Shown here: piece after piece, positions 19,479 through 29,850 of the stretch
How the letters are laid out: every line of letters starts with the position of its first letter
Position numbering within the stretch: the stretch's first letter is position 1
Assembly: GCA_012518875.1 (NCBI GenBank)
Contig: JAAYRI010000069.1
Location: 5,511-69,510 of the forward strand
Direction of reading: 5' to 3'
Length of the DNA stretch: 64,000 nt
DNA from: Peptococcaceae bacterium
GTDB lineage: Bacteria; Bacillota; Desulfotomaculia; Desulfotomaculales; Pelotomaculaceae
The notes under the pieces: model-generated
Told to the model about the DNA's origin: nothing
The model's input: the letters and a program-made list of their open reading frames with translations, nothing else
Databases searched by the model: none
Translations under genes and position numbers: made by a program

Positions 19479-20219
19479 ATGCTCTCGCTTTGGAGAGACC
19501 TGTTGAATCTGATTTTCCCATCTTTTTTGGATTGCCCCTTGTGCGGCGGTAAGAAGGAGGGAAAGGATTTTTGCAATAGTTGCTATTCTATCATCAGCAG
19601 TTATAAACAGGAACTATACTGTAGCCGGTGCGGACGGTTTGCCGGTAAGGGTTCTGTTATCCCCTGTGTTTCTGACCATTATTGTTATATTTGCCGGAAG
19701 AGGCAGTGGCCTTTTGAATTGGTTAGAGCAGCCGGTCCTTATGAGGGGGTATTGAAGGAAACGATCCATCGTTTCAAATATCTCGGCCGTAAAAACCTGG
19801 CTTTAAGCCTGGCGGGTCTGATGGTAGAAGCAGCCCGCATGGAGCCCCTGTTAACCTGTGTTGATCTGGTATTACCCGTACCTCTAGCGGATGAAAAACT
19901 ACATGTGCGGGGTTTTAACCAGGCGGGCCTGTTGGCAGAGGAGGTTGGCTATAGATTGCAGTTGCCTGTGAATCACAAATTGCTGGTCAAGGATTTTGAG
20001 ACTCGACCCCAGGTGGGTTTGGATAGGGTGGCCAGGGAAAAAAACCTCGCCGGCGCCTTCAGGGTGACAAATACCGGGGCAATTCAGGGCAAGAATATCA
20101 TGATTATCGATGATGTTTTTACAACCGGCAACACTATGTCGTCGGTTGCTATGGTTGTCCGCTCTGCCGGGGCTGGAAATATTTTTGGTCTTGCGGCGGC
20201 TGCCGGCCGCTACTTTTGA
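19479..20219 (+). CDS. comFC: ComF family protein (zinc ribbon + phosphoribosyltransferase fold)
   Basis: CxxC pairs, RGFNQA and IIDDVFTTG. ATG 19479 follows SD GGAGGT. Confidence 0.88.
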   Translation: MLSLWRDLLNLIFPSFLDCPLCGGKKEGKDFCNSCYSIISSYKQELYCSRCGRFAGKGSVIPCVSDHYCYICRKRQWPFELVRAAGPYEGVLKETIHRFKYLGRKNLALSLAGLMVEAARMEPLLTCVDLVLPVPLADEKLHVRGFNQAGLLAEEVGYRLQLPVNHKLLVKDFETRPQVGLDRVAREKNLAGAFRVTNTGAIQGKNIMIIDDVFTTGNTMSSVAMVVRSAGAGNIFGLAAAAGRYF

Positions 20220-20282
20220 AAGCGCACAAAATATATGCCAGGATTTTGTATAAAATGACAATTTGTTTGGGGCTGAAATATT

Positions 20283-20343
20283 TTACCCACATGAAAAAGG
20301 CTGATTTCATGAGTTATTAACAACGTTACCCACATTATCCACA
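20283..20343 (+). promoter_or_regulatory. Cluster of co-oriented DnaA boxes
   Basis: TTACCCACA 20283, TTATTAACA 20314, TTACCCACA 20326 and perfect TTATCCACA 20335; the last two abut. Confidence 0.65.
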
Positions 20344-20477
20344 GGTTTTTCTTTGGGCAATGTTTCAGGAAAAACGTTTTTCGACAAACGTGGTTTTGAC
20401 ATAAACCCTTGTTCAAATCGGGTTTTTTAACAAAACCTATGGATTAAAAAATGGCACGGCACAAAAATATGGCAGGC

Positions 20478-20507
20478 TTGACAATCTTATCCCGCCTATG
20501 TTACTAT
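20478..20507 (+). promoter_or_regulatory. sigmaA-type promoter for the cold-shock gene
   Basis: TTGACA-18 nt-TACTAT with an extended -10 TG. Confidence 0.6.
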
Positions 20508-20559
20508 TTTATTTAATGGAGGATCTGTATCCACGAATCAAGTTTTAGGAGGTATGTTT

Positions 20560-20757
20560 GTGGTTGGCACGGTTAAATGGTTTAACCAGGAAAAGGGTTA
20601 TGGTTTCATAGAGAGGGAGGATGGTGGAGACGTATTTGTCCACTTCTCGGCGATTCAGGAAGAAGGCTTTAAGACCCTTGCCGAGGGTCAGAGGGTTGAA
20701 TTCGATATCGTCGAAGGCGCCCGGGGGCCTCAGGCGGCCAACGTGATAAAAATATAG
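20560..20757 (+). CDS. cspA: Cold-shock protein (CSD)
   Basis: [15 protein letters not shown] and DVFVHFSAI (RNP1/RNP2). GTG 20560 fits the spacing from SD AGGAGG better than ATG 20554. Paralog letter uncertain. Confidence 0.93.
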   Translation: MVGTVKWFNQEKGYGFIEREDGGDVFVHFSAIQEEGFKTLAEGQRVEFDIVEGARGPQAANVIKI

Positions 20758-20762
20758 AGATG

Positions 20763-20790
20763 AAGTACCCCAGCCCAGTCTGGGGTATTT
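20763..20790 (+). terminator. Intrinsic terminator after csp
   Basis: AAGTACCCCAG-cccagt-CTGGGGTATTT. Confidence 0.65.
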
Positions 20791-20884
20791 AAATCTAATG
20801 CTGGTTAGGAAAAATTTATTCCATAATGGGAATAATAAACATAGAGTTAAAATATAAGCTAGGTATTACGGAAGGAGTGGTGTT

Positions 20885-21409
20885 ATGGGAGTGCAGATTC
20901 GTGGTAGAAACATTGAGGTAACCGAAGCCTTGAAGGAGTATATAAACAAACGACTGCGAAAACTCGAAAAACACATCAACAACCTAGGTGAAGCCCAGGT
21001 TACCCTGTCCGTGGTAAGGGGATTCCACCGGATTGAAGTGACCACTCCCATCAATGGGATGATCTTGCGGGGTGAAGAAAGTACCGACGATATGTATGCC
21101 TCCATCGATCTGGTAGTGGATAAGCTGGAAAAACAAATAGAAAAGTACAAAGGCAAGCTGCAAAGAAGAGGAGCCAGAGTTGCCAGCAATCTGAAAGCTC
21201 CTGTGGCGGCAAATGTTGAGGAAAACGGGCCACGTTTGGTACGGACAAAACGTTTTGCTATTAAACCAATGCCGGTAGATGAGGCCGTTCTGCAGATGAA
21301 TCTCCTGGGGCACAATTTCTTTGTGTTTTCCAATGCTGAGACAGACGAGGTCAATGTAGTTTATAAGCGCAAAGATGGCAACTATGGGTTGATTGAACCT
21401 GAATTCTAG
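20885..21409 (+). CDS. hpf: Long-form ribosome hibernation promoting factor
   Basis: RGRNIEVTEALKEY, DMYASIDLVVDKLEKQ and C-terminal KPM..DEAVLQMNLLGH.FF domain. Confidence 0.93.
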   Translation: MGVQIRGRNIEVTEALKEYINKRLRKLEKHINNLGEAQVTLSVVRGFHRIEVTTPINGMILRGEESTDDMYASIDLVVDKLEKQIEKYKGKLQRRGARVASNLKAPVAANVEENGPRLVRTKRFAIKPMPVDEAVLQMNLLGHNFFVFSNAETDEVNVVYKRKDGNYGLIEPEF

Positions 21410-21456
21410 CATTATAAGGGTTTCTATAGATGAACCCCTTAAGGTGGGTTTTGGAT

Positions 21457-21489
21457 AGAGGCAGGTAGTGAATGAGGCTACCTGCCTTT
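21457..21489 (+). terminator. Hairpin/terminator after hpf
   Basis: AGAGGCAGGTAG...CTACCTGCCTTT with a short U tract. Confidence 0.55.
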
Positions 21490-21640
21490 GCTGTTAAACT
21501 TTCTTTGTTCCCCGTTCTATGTCTATTCCTGGTTGTAGCCGGTACCTATCTGGTAAATAGTGTCATAATTGACTGCTTTATTAAAAATCAAGTATAATAT
21601 GAAGTGGTATTCGGATGCTAGATATTTGAGGTGTTATGAA

Positions 21641-24301
21641 ATGCTAGGATTCATCAAAAACTGGCTTGACGACAATGCCCGAGAAATAAAGAAACTGCAG
21701 CGTACAGTGGATGAGATAAACAAGTTGGAACCACAATTCAAGGCGCTGTCAGAGGAAGATCTACAAGGTATGACTGCCGTTTTCAAGGGACGGTTGGATC
21801 GGGGCGAAGGACTTGATGACATCTTGCCTGAAGCTTTTGCTGTGGTGCGGGAGGCCTCCCGGCGCGTTCTGGGCATGAGACATTTTGACGTCCAGTTAAT
21901 GGGTGGGATCATATTGCACCAGGGCCGCATTGCTGAGATGAAAACAGGTGAAGGCAAAACGCTGGTAGCAACACTACCGGTTTACTTGAATGCACTAACC
22001 GGTAAGGGTGTCCATGTGGTTACTGTCAACGATTACCTGGCACACAGGGACAGTGATTGGATGGGTCAGGTTTACAAATACCTTGGTTTAAGCGTGGGGC
22101 TAATTGTCCATGGCCTGGATTGGAACGAGAGAAAGCAGGCTTACGATAGTGACGTAACATATGGTACCAACAACGAGTTTGGTTTTGATTATCTTCGGGA
22201 TAATATGGCTCACCAGCCCAGCCAGCTTGTGCAGCGTGAAATGAATTACGCTATAGTTGACGAGGTAGACAGTATCCTTATAGATGAAGCCCGGACACCA
22301 CTAATTATTTCCGGCCAGTCAGATAAATCAAACGAATTATATAACATATTTGCCAGAATAGTGCCCCGCTTGGTTCCGGAGGCTGACTACACTGTTGATG
22401 AAAAGGCCCATGCGGTTACTATTACCGAAGCAGGGGTAGCCAAGGTGGAAAAAGCGATTGGTGTATCCAATCTTTATGATGACAAAAATATCGAACTTAC
22501 CCACCATCTGAATCAGGCTCTTAAGGCCAACGCCTTGATGAAAAGGGATCGTGACTATGTTGTAAAAGACGGCCAGGTGATTATAGTAGATGAATTTACA
22601 GGTCGTCTAATGTTTGGTAGGCGGTATAGTGAGGGGTTGCACCAGGCTATTGAGGCCAAAGAAAATGTTAAGATTGAAAGAGAATCACAAACCCTGGCGG
22701 CAATTACATTCCAAAATTATTTTAGAATGTATGAGAAGCTCGCCGGCATGACCGGCACGGCAGAAACTGAAGAGCAGGAATTTAAGAAGATTTATAATTT
22801 GGATGTGGTAGTGGTTCCCACCAACAAGCAGCTCATCCGTATCGATGCCCCGGATGTAATTTACAAAACTGAGCAGGCTAAATTCCGGGCAGTGGTAGAT
22901 GAAATCGTGGCCAGGCATGCCAAGGGACAGCCGGTACTGGTAGGTACCATTTCTATTGAAAAATCCGAGTTGCTCAGCAGCATGCTAAAGAAAAGAGGCG
23001 TACCCCATCAGGTGCTGAACGCCAAATACCATGATAAAGAGGCGGAAATAGTGGCCCAAGCGGGACGTTATGGAGCGGTGACCATTGCCACCAATATGGC
23101 AGGGCGTGGCACAGACATTCTCCTGGGGGGTAACCCGGAATTCCTTTCCCGTTTGGAAATGAAACGGGAGCTCCTGGGAAGCGAGGCGGCCGAGGGTGAT
23201 AACAACGGGCCCACCACTGAAGAGGAAGCTCAGGCCTGGGGGAATTTGTTGCAAAGGTATCGCCGCCAGACGGAGGAAGAGCATGCCAGGGTGGTAGGGC
23301 TTGGCGGACTGCATATTATTGGCACGGAGCGCCATGAGAGCCGTCGTATTGACAATCAGCTGCGTGGCCGTTGTGGTCGTCAGGGAGACCCTGGGTCCAG
23401 CCAGTTTTATAGCTCGCTGGAGGATGATTTGATGCGCCTGTTCGGTTCCGACAACATCTCAGGAGTTATGGAACGGTTGGGAATAGAGGAAGACATGCCT
23501 ATCGAACATGCGATGATTTCTAAATCTATCGAAACTGCTCAAAAACGAGTGGAAAACCGCAACTTTGATATTCGCAAGCATGTGTTACAGTACGATGACG
23601 TGATGAATCAACAGCGAGAACTAATTTACAAGCAGCGCCGTGAGGTGCTCACAGGTGAAAATCTGAAAAATGATGTTTTAGAAATGATTACTGCTTGCGT
23701 AGAACGGGCCATTGCTACCTATGCACCGGAAGGTGTCCATCCTGAGGAATGGGATTTGAATAGTCTATTGGGGCAGGCGGAACAGTTGTTTTTGCCGGGT
23801 CATAAGTTAGGGCTCCCGGACCTGGAGGATATGGGTCGCGATGAACTGAAGAGATTTCTCACTGAAAAAGCCCACGCCGCATATGAGGCCAGAGAGCAGG
23901 AGTTGGGGCCCGAGGTCATGAGACAGGTGGAGCGGGCAGTGATGCTGCGCATAGTTGATGAAAAATGGATGGATCATCTGGATGCTATGGATCAGCTACG
24001 GGAAGGCATCGGTTTGCGTGCTTATGGGCAGAAGGACCCCCTGATTGAATACCGGTTTGAGGGGTATGAAATGTTCCAAAATATGATCAACACCATCCAG
24101 GATGACGTTGTGCGTTACATTTTTCGGGTAGATGTAGCCCAGCCTCAGCAAGAAAGGCGCAAAATAGTAGAAAACCGCTATGATGAAGAGGATACAAAAA
24201 AGCCCATCCGTAAGGGAAAAAAAATTGGTCGTAATGACCCCTGCCCCTGCAACAGTGGTAAAAAGTATAAAAAATGTTGCGGTAGGGCTAAAGCCATATA
24301 A
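21641..24301 (+). CDS. secA: Preprotein translocase ATPase SecA
   Basis: [32 protein letters not shown] and C-terminal SEC-C ([17 protein letters not shown]). ATG 21641 follows SD GAGGTG. Confidence 0.97.
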   Translation: MLGFIKNWLDDNAREIKKLQRTVDEINKLEPQFKALSEEDLQGMTAVFKGRLDRGEGLDDILPEAFAVVREASRRVLGMRHFDVQLMGGIILHQGRIAEMKTGEGKTLVATLPVYLNALTGKGVHVVTVNDYLAHRDSDWMGQVYKYLGLSVGLIVHGLDWNERKQAYDSDVTYGTNNEFGFDYLRDNMAHQPSQLVQREMNYAIVDEVDSILIDEARTPLIISGQSDKSNELYNIFARIVPRLVPEADYTVDEKAHAVTITEAGVAKVEKAIGVSNLYDDKNIELTHHLNQALKANALMKRDRDYVVKDGQVIIVDEFTGRLMFGRRYSEGLHQAIEAKENVKIERESQTLAAITFQNYFRMYEKLAGMTGTAETEEQEFKKIYNLDVVVVPTNKQLIRIDAPDVIYKTEQAKFRAVVDEIVARHAKGQPVLVGTISIEKSELLSSMLKKRGVPHQVLNAKYHDKEAEIVAQAGRYGAVTIATNMAGRGTDILLGGNPEFLSRLEMKRELLGSEAAEGDNNGPTTEEEAQAWGNLLQRYRRQTEEEHARVVGLGGLHIIGTERHESRRIDNQLRGRCGRQGDPGSSQFYSSLEDDLMRLFGSDNISGVMERLGIEEDMPIEHAMISKSIETAQKRVENRNFDIRKHVLQYDDVMNQQRELIYKQRREVLTGENLKNDVLEMITACVERAIATYAPEGVHPEEWDLNSLLGQAEQLFLPGHKLGLPDLEDMGRDELKRFLTEKAHAAYEAREQELGPEVMRQVERAVMLRIVDEKWMDHLDAMDQLREGIGLRAYGQKDPLIEYRFEGYEMFQNMINTIQDDVVRYIFRVDVAQPQQERRKIVENRYDEEDTKKPIRKGKKIGRNDPCPCNSGKKYKKCCGRAKAI

Positions 24302-24319
24302 AAAAGGAATGTTGACGGT

Positions 24320-25427
24320 ATGTTCGCAGAATTAAAAAAAGAGCTGGAACCTCTGGGCCAAAGGATAGAAGATTTGAGGGTTTCCCTTTGACATTGGCGA
24401 CAAAGAAGCGGAAATTAAGAAACTTAATACCCAAATGCTTGATAATGGTTTTTGGGATAAACAGCAGGAAGCACAGAAAATCATACAGAGGTTAGCGAAT
24501 CTGCGTGATAAGGTTGCTTCCTTCCAGGCCCTGGTCAGGGAATATGAAGAGCTGGAAATCCTAGTGGAATTGGGACTGGAAGAAAACGATGACTCGTTGG
24601 AACAAGAAATAGTTGAGGGCCTTGACTCTGTTTCCAAACAGGTGGAGGAGATGGAACTGGCTGTCTTGCTCAAGGGGCCCTATGATCGGGGCAACGCTAT
24701 TGTCGCCCTGCACGCCGGTGCCGGAGGTACCGAAGCCCAGGATTGGGTAGGAATGCTGCTGCGTATGTATGGGCGTTGGGCCGAGCGGCGCCGCTTTAAA
24801 ATTGAGATTTTAGATATGTTGCCGGGTGATGAAGCCGGTGTTAAGAGCGCTACTATTGAGGTTCTGGGCGCTAATGCCTATGGTTACCTTCTAGCGGAAA
24901 AGGGAGTGCACAGGCTAGTGCGTATTTCCCCCTTTGACGCCGCCGGGCGGCGGCATACCTCTTTTGCTTCCGTTGATGTTCTACCGGAGGTAGAGGAAAG
25001 TGTGAATGTGCAAATAGACCCGGATGATCTGAAAATTGATACCTTTCGCTCGGGTGGCGCCGGTGGACAACATGTTAATAAAACTGATTCGGCGGTGCGG
25101 ATGACCCACCTTCCTACCGGGATTGTGGTGTCCTGTCAGAATGAACGTTCCCAAAAGGCAAACCGGTTGGCGGCGATGAAAATGTTAAGAGCCAGGCTTG
25201 TTGATCTGGAAATTCAAAAGAAGGAAGCCGAACTGATAGCGTTGCGTAGTGGCCAGCAGGAAATAGCCTGGGGTAGCCAGATTCGATCCTATGTCTTCCA
25301 TCCCTACAGTATGGTCAAGGATCACCGTACCGGGTGGGAAACAGGGAATATAAATGCAGTGATGGATGGGGATATTGATTCCTTCATCTCCTCCTACTTA
25401 AAAGAAAAGGCCCGCGGTGGAGTCTAG
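24320..25427 (+). CDS. prfB: Peptide chain release factor 2, expressed via a programmed +1 frameshift at CTT-TGA-C (24386-24392)
   Basis: ORF1 MFAELKKELEPLGQRIEDLRVSL-stop from 24320. The +1 frame continues DIGDKEAE... into the ORF carrying the SPF and GGQ motifs. Internal SD-like GAGGG upstream of the slip site. Confidence 0.95.
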
Positions 25428-25475
25428 TTTTACCAGGTGCGGCTGGCCTTATATAAAACCCGGATTGACTTGAAG

Positions 25476-25504
25476 AAGAAGCGCGTTCAGACGCTTCTTT
25501 TTTT
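25476..25504 (+). terminator. Intrinsic terminator after prfB
   Basis: AAGAAGCG-cgttcaga-CGCTTCTT followed by a T run. Confidence 0.75.
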
Positions 25505-25629
25505 ATTGAATATATTCCCCCTCCCGGCAACAATGATCATTTTTCTCCTAATCAGGAAGGAATGAAGCTTGTTATGTCGAAGAATAAATGCATTTGTTGT
25601 AAAAAACTATGGAATATGAGGTGCCCCGT

Positions 25630-26316
25630 TTGATCCGGTTGCAAAATGTTACCAAGACTTATGACAATGGTGTGAAGGCGCTTATAGATGTTACCTTAAG
25701 GATCAAAAAAGGCGAATTTATTTTCCTTGTGGGGCCAAGCGGTGCCGGCAAATCAACCCTGACCAAACTATTGTACAGGGAAGAGATGCCTGACCGGGGC
25801 CAGATCATACTCAACGGGAAAAATGTTGTTCGTATGCGTGCCCGGGAGGTGCCCTATCTACGGCGGAAGATTGGCATGGTCTTTCAGGATTTTCGCCTAC
25901 TGCCGAGAAAAACAGTGGCAGAAAACGTCTCTTTTGCCCTTGATGTTATCGGTGCCTCCAACAAAGAAATTAAAAGGGCTGTGCCGGCAGTGCTTGGCAT
26001 GGTAGGGCTCAAAGAAAAGGCTGCTGTTTTCCCCGGACATCTGTCCGGAGGTGAACAGCAGCGGGTATGTGTGGCACGGGCTATCGTGAATAATCCAATC
26101 TTATTAATCGCGGACGAACCCACAGGCAATCTGGATCCTGGGACATCCTGGGAGTTGATGAAGTTGTTTATGGCTATTAACCGGCGTGGTACGTCTATCA
26201 TTATGGCTACTCATGCCTGGGACATTGTGGATAGGATGAAAAAGCGTGTGATAGAGATGGCTAACGGTAGGATCGTGCGGGACGAGGAAGAGGGAGCGTA
26301 CCGCAATGAGGTTTAA
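25630..26316 (+). CDS. ftsE: Cell division ATP-binding protein FtsE
   Basis: GPSGAGKS, VFQDFRLL, LSGGEQQR and ADEPTGNLD. TTG 25630 follows SD GAGGTG. Confidence 0.93.
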   Translation: MIRLQNVTKTYDNGVKALIDVTLRIKKGEFIFLVGPSGAGKSTLTKLLYREEMPDRGQIILNGKNVVRMRAREVPYLRRKIGMVFQDFRLLPRKTVAENVSFALDVIGASNKEIKRAVPAVLGMVGLKEKAAVFPGHLSGGEQQRVCVARAIVNNPILLIADEPTGNLDPGTSWELMKLFMAINRRGTSIIMATHAWDIVDRMKKRVIEMANGRIVRDEEEGAYRNEV

Positions 26317-27193
26317 GACAATCGGATATTATTTCCGGGAAGCATTTTTATCGGTAATCCGGAACAGTTGGATTTCAGTGGCGTCAATTGGTGTCGTGGC
26401 TGTTTCTCTATTAATTCTAGGAAGTTCCCTCTTGCTGGTGATGAATGCCAACAATATCACAGCCAACCTGGAATCAAGCCTGGAAATAAGTGCCTTCTTC
26501 AAGGATGGGATCGAGCAAGATGAAATGCTGGAACTGGAAAATGAGCTAGCGGACAGGCCTGAGGTAGCATCTGTGGTTTTTGTCTCTAAAGAGCAGGCAT
26601 TAGAGGAAATGAGGGAAAATTTTGCTGCCCAGGAGGACATCCTGGCCGGTTTGGATGAAAAGAACCCGCTGCCGGATGCCTTAAGAATTAAAACGGCCAC
26701 CGCAGAGCAAGTGGCGTCGTTGGCCAATGAGCTGAAGACCTATGAGCAGTTTGATGTGGTGCGTTACGTCCAGGGTATTGTTGAAAAAATGATGGCTCTT
26801 TCCAAATGGGTTCGCACTGCAGGGCTGGTTACCATGGCGCTGCTGGGGGTAGCAGCAATTTTTCTTATCGCTACTACAATCCGTCTTTCGGTCTATGCCC
26901 GGCGTAAAGAAATCGGCATCATGAAATTTCTTGGGGCGACTAACTTTTTTGTTCAGGTCCCCTTCATTTTAGAAGGAATGATATTAGGGCTGGTGGGCTC
27001 ACTTTTGGCAGTGGCAATTATTTATTTTGGGTATCTATCAATTATTGACAACATTCAGCTTTCACTTCCTTTTGTGCGGCTAATCACCGAAAGAGCCTTA
27101 ATTAAACCCCTAATGGAACTGCTCATATTAGTGGGCCTGATTATTGGGGCAGCAGGAAGTTTGATTAGTATGCGCAGGTTTTTAAAGGCTTAG
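26306..27193 (+). CDS. ftsX: Cell division permease FtsX
   Basis: SKEQALE, NPLPDA and RRKEIGIMKFLGAT..PFILEG motifs. Overlaps ftsE. Confidence 0.93.
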   Translation: MRFKTIGYYFREAFLSVIRNSWISVASIGVVAVSLLILGSSLLLVMNANNITANLESSLEISAFFKDGIEQDEMLELENELADRPEVASVVFVSKEQALEEMRENFAAQEDILAGLDEKNPLPDALRIKTATAEQVASLANELKTYEQFDVVRYVQGIVEKMMALSKWVRTAGLVTMALLGVAAIFLIATTIRLSVYARRKEIGIMKFLGATNFFVQVPFILEGMILGLVGSLLAVAIIYFGYLSIIDNIQLSLPFVRLITERALIKPLMELLILVGLIIGAAGSLISMRRFLKA

Positions 27194-27247
27194 TGAACAC
27201 ATTGAAAGGCCTAAATGTGGCTGGATACTACCTGATCGGAGGGGAGT

Positions 27248-28381
27248 TTGTTGAAAACCGGGTTTGTTAGGAGGAATGTGCTGGTTTTTGTTGTGCTGGC
27301 TACTTTTTTGCTCGGTGTCCTGGGTGTCGCCTATGCGGACGAATTAGGGCAGCGATTAACGGAAACCAGGGAGAAACTAGGTGCGGTAAGAGGTGAAGCC
27401 AGGCAGGTCCGGGGTGTTGTAAGCGACTATACCAATGAAGTTGCCTACTATAACGGGTTAATTAGTGTGAAAACTGCTGAGCTGGAAGAACTACAAAGTA
27501 GCCTGGAGGTAACCAGGGGCAAACTGCGCACAACAGAGGCAGAGCTGGAAGAGATCAAAATACGACTGGATGAAAGCACGGAGATACTAAATAAGAGAGT
27601 GCGTAGTATCTATCAAGTAGGCAATGTCAGTTATCTAGAGGTACTTCTAGAAGCCAATGACTTCAACGACTTTGTCAACCGGTTCGAGCTGTTGAAACGG
27701 GTGGTGCAGCAGGACTCGGAGACAATAGCTCTGGTCAAGGCTGATCGCCAACGAATGGAACAAAAAAAGCAAGAAATAGTGGCACAACAACAGACTCTTA
27801 CTGGTTTAATCAGCCGGCAGGAAGCAGCCCGTAGTGAATTGAGCCGCCAAAAGGAGGAAAGAAATGCCCTGCTGAAGGAGGCTGAAAACAACCTGGGGGA
27901 CATTGAAGCCGAAGCTGCTCGCCTGGAGGAGCAGGAGCAACAGATCCTGCGTGAGATCGCCCGCCAGCGATCCAGTGACAGGCCAGCTTCTACCGGTGGT
28001 TTTGCCTGGCCCGTGCCTGGCTGTTATGATATTTCATCCGTATTTGGTATGCGTGAACACCCCATTCTGGGAACAAGCCGCATGCACAATGGGATAGACA
28101 TACCGGCGAACAATGGAACAACAGTGGTGGCGGCCCAAGACGGTGTAGTCATTGATGTTAGCTACATGAGCGGTTACGGCAATGTGGTGATGATTGATCA
28201 TGGCGGCGGTTTAACTACACTTTATTCCCATCTTAGTGCCCAGCTTGTATACGCCGGCCAGGAGGTTGCCAAGGGTGACATCATTGCCAGGGTTGGCAGC
28301 ACGGGTGTTTCAACGGGGCCCCACCTGGATTTTTCGGTGCGGGTGAATGGAAACCCGGTGGATCCGATGGGCTATCTCTAG
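27248..28381 (+). CDS. Coiled-coil + M23 peptidase (EnvC/CwlO-like FtsEX partner)
   Basis: Signal peptide, long coiled coil ([15 protein letters not shown]) and M23 domain with HNGID, YSHL and GPHLDF. Confidence 0.88.
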   Translation: MLKTGFVRRNVLVFVVLATFLLGVLGVAYADELGQRLTETREKLGAVRGEARQVRGVVSDYTNEVAYYNGLISVKTAELEELQSSLEVTRGKLRTTEAELEEIKIRLDESTEILNKRVRSIYQVGNVSYLEVLLEANDFNDFVNRFELLKRVVQQDSETIALVKADRQRMEQKKQEIVAQQQTLTGLISRQEAARSELSRQKEERNALLKEAENNLGDIEAEAARLEEQEQQILREIARQRSSDRPASTGGFAWPVPGCYDISSVFGMREHPILGTSRMHNGIDIPANNGTTVVAAQDGVVIDVSYMSGYGNVVMIDHGGGLTTLYSHLSAQLVYAGQEVAKGDIIARVGSTGVSTGPHLDFSVRVNGNPVDPMGYL

Positions 28382-28402
28382 TTAACTAATTACAGGCAAT
28401 AG

Positions 28403-28437
28403 ATACCGTTGGCAGGGGACTGCCGGCGGTATTTTTT
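28403..28437 (+). terminator. Intrinsic terminator
   Basis: ATACCGTTGGCAG-gga-CTGCCGGCGGTAT followed by a T run. Confidence 0.75.
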
Positions 28438-28527
28438 AAATTAGACTGGTAAATTATTATATTGGACATGTTTACCATCTTGATGTAGTATAATAACGTA
28501 TCTAAATAAAATGAAGGTGTTGGTGAC

Positions 28528-29676
28528 TTGGGTTATAATAAATTTGGAAGCGGTCAGGGCGAAAGACGTCTAAAAATATTAGCGATTTTCGTTATTGCCG
28601 TGTTTGTGATTATGGGGGTTTTTGTGGCTGCCAATTATAAACATGTCAGCAACCTGGTCAAGGTGATAGCGATTGTTAGGACCCAGTACCTTCAGCCGGT
28701 GAACTCTGATCAAATGATTGACGGGGCAATCAAAGGGATCGTGGACTCTTTGAATGATCCATATTCAGTCTACCTGGAACCAAAGACCTTTGCTATGCTG
28801 CAGGAACAAATTAAAGGCTCCTTCGGTGGTCTGGGCATTCTTGTGGGTGTGAAAGACTCAGGTTTGACTGTGGTGCGTGCCTATGAGGGGACACCGGCTG
28901 CTAAAGCGGGCATTGAGGCCGGGGATCAAATCATCAGGATTAACGATACTGATGCCAGGGGAATGGATCTGGAGACGGCTGTGGGTTTAATGAGGGGCCC
29001 GGTGGGATCAACCATTAGCCTTACTATTGAAAGACGGGGCGGTACGCTCCAATTTTCTAATATAGCCCGGGAGGAAATAAGCGTTCCTACAGTGGAGGGT
29101 CAGGTAATTGGTAACTCAGATATCGGCTATATAATGATCAGCCAGTTTACAGAGCGTTCACCCGAAGAAATGGGTAAGGTGCTATCTAATTTGCAGAGCA
29201 ATGAAATTAAGGGTTTGATCCTCGATCTCAGGGACAACCCTGGCGGCGAACTGACCTCTGCAGTGAATGTAGCCAAGCATTTTATTCCCAAGGGCCCGAT
29301 AGTATTTATTGATTACCGTAATGGCAGGGACCAAGAGTTTCCTTCTGAAGGACAGACAGTCGATCTGCCCCTGGTGGTTTTGATCAACGAGGGCAGTGCC
29401 AGTGCCGCAGAGATACTAGCCGGTGCTGTAAAGGACACCGGCGTGGGGACTCTGATTGGGACAAAAACCTTTGGCAAGGGTGTTGTGCAGACGCTATTTC
29501 AGCTGGACAATGGGGCCGGATTAAAGCTAACAACAGCCAAGTACCTAACCCCAAACAGGAACGATATCAACCTGAAAGGGATAGAGCCGGATGTGTCTAT
29601 CTCAAACCAGGACCCACCCCATGATTCTCAGCTGGACCGGGCAGTGGAAATTATGAAGCAAAAAATAGCGAGCTAG
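28528..29676 (+). CDS. ctpA: Carboxy-terminal processing protease, S41 family (CtpA/CtpB)
   Basis: DPYSVY, PDZ, LDLRDNPGG, SASAAE and TFGKG motifs. Confidence 0.9.
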   Translation: MGYNKFGSGQGERRLKILAIFVIAVFVIMGVFVAANYKHVSNLVKVIAIVRTQYLQPVNSDQMIDGAIKGIVDSLNDPYSVYLEPKTFAMLQEQIKGSFGGLGILVGVKDSGLTVVRAYEGTPAAKAGIEAGDQIIRINDTDARGMDLETAVGLMRGPVGSTISLTIERRGGTLQFSNIAREEISVPTVEGQVIGNSDIGYIMISQFTERSPEEMGKVLSNLQSNEIKGLILDLRDNPGGELTSAVNVAKHFIPKGPIVFIDYRNGRDQEFPSEGQTVDLPLVVLINEGSASAAEILAGAVKDTGVGTLIGTKTFGKGVVQTLFQLDNGAGLKLTTAKYLTPNRNDINLKGIEPDVSISNQDPPHDSQLDRAVEIMKQKIAS

Positions 29677-29689
29677 GGTGAACATAACT

Positions 29690-29718
29690 GCCGCGGGACA
29701 AGTCCCTGCGGCTTCTTT
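29690..29718 (+). terminator. Putative terminator after ctpA
   Basis: GCCGCGGGAC-aa-GTCCCTGCGGC followed by TTCTTT. Confidence 0.55.
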
Positions 29719-29850
29719 ACAGGGGACAGATCATAAACATTGCTCGATCATGTCCTATTATGGCCGGGTAACACTGATGCCACCTTTTGCTAAAGGCAGC
29801 AACCCGATTCTTTGTATTTCTTCAACCTTGTATAAATGAGGTGAATCACT

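Noticed and set aside
20450-20480. sigma54 promoter at TGGCACG upstream of csp
   Set aside because: The -24 element is good but there is no GC at -12; a sigmaA promoter explains the gene.
20220-20884. raiA-motif RNA, often found near comF/hpf
   Set aside because: I could not find its conserved core sequences in either spacer. A covariance-model search would settle it.
24435-25427. prfB as a truncated gene or pseudogene
   Set aside because: The missing N-terminus is supplied by the canonical programmed frameshift.
29720-29765. Fluoride riboswitch (ATAAAC and GCT..AT..TCCTA resemblance)
   Set aside because: The 5' GGnGATGG..TCnCC element is missing and the downstream gene is unrelated to fluoride.
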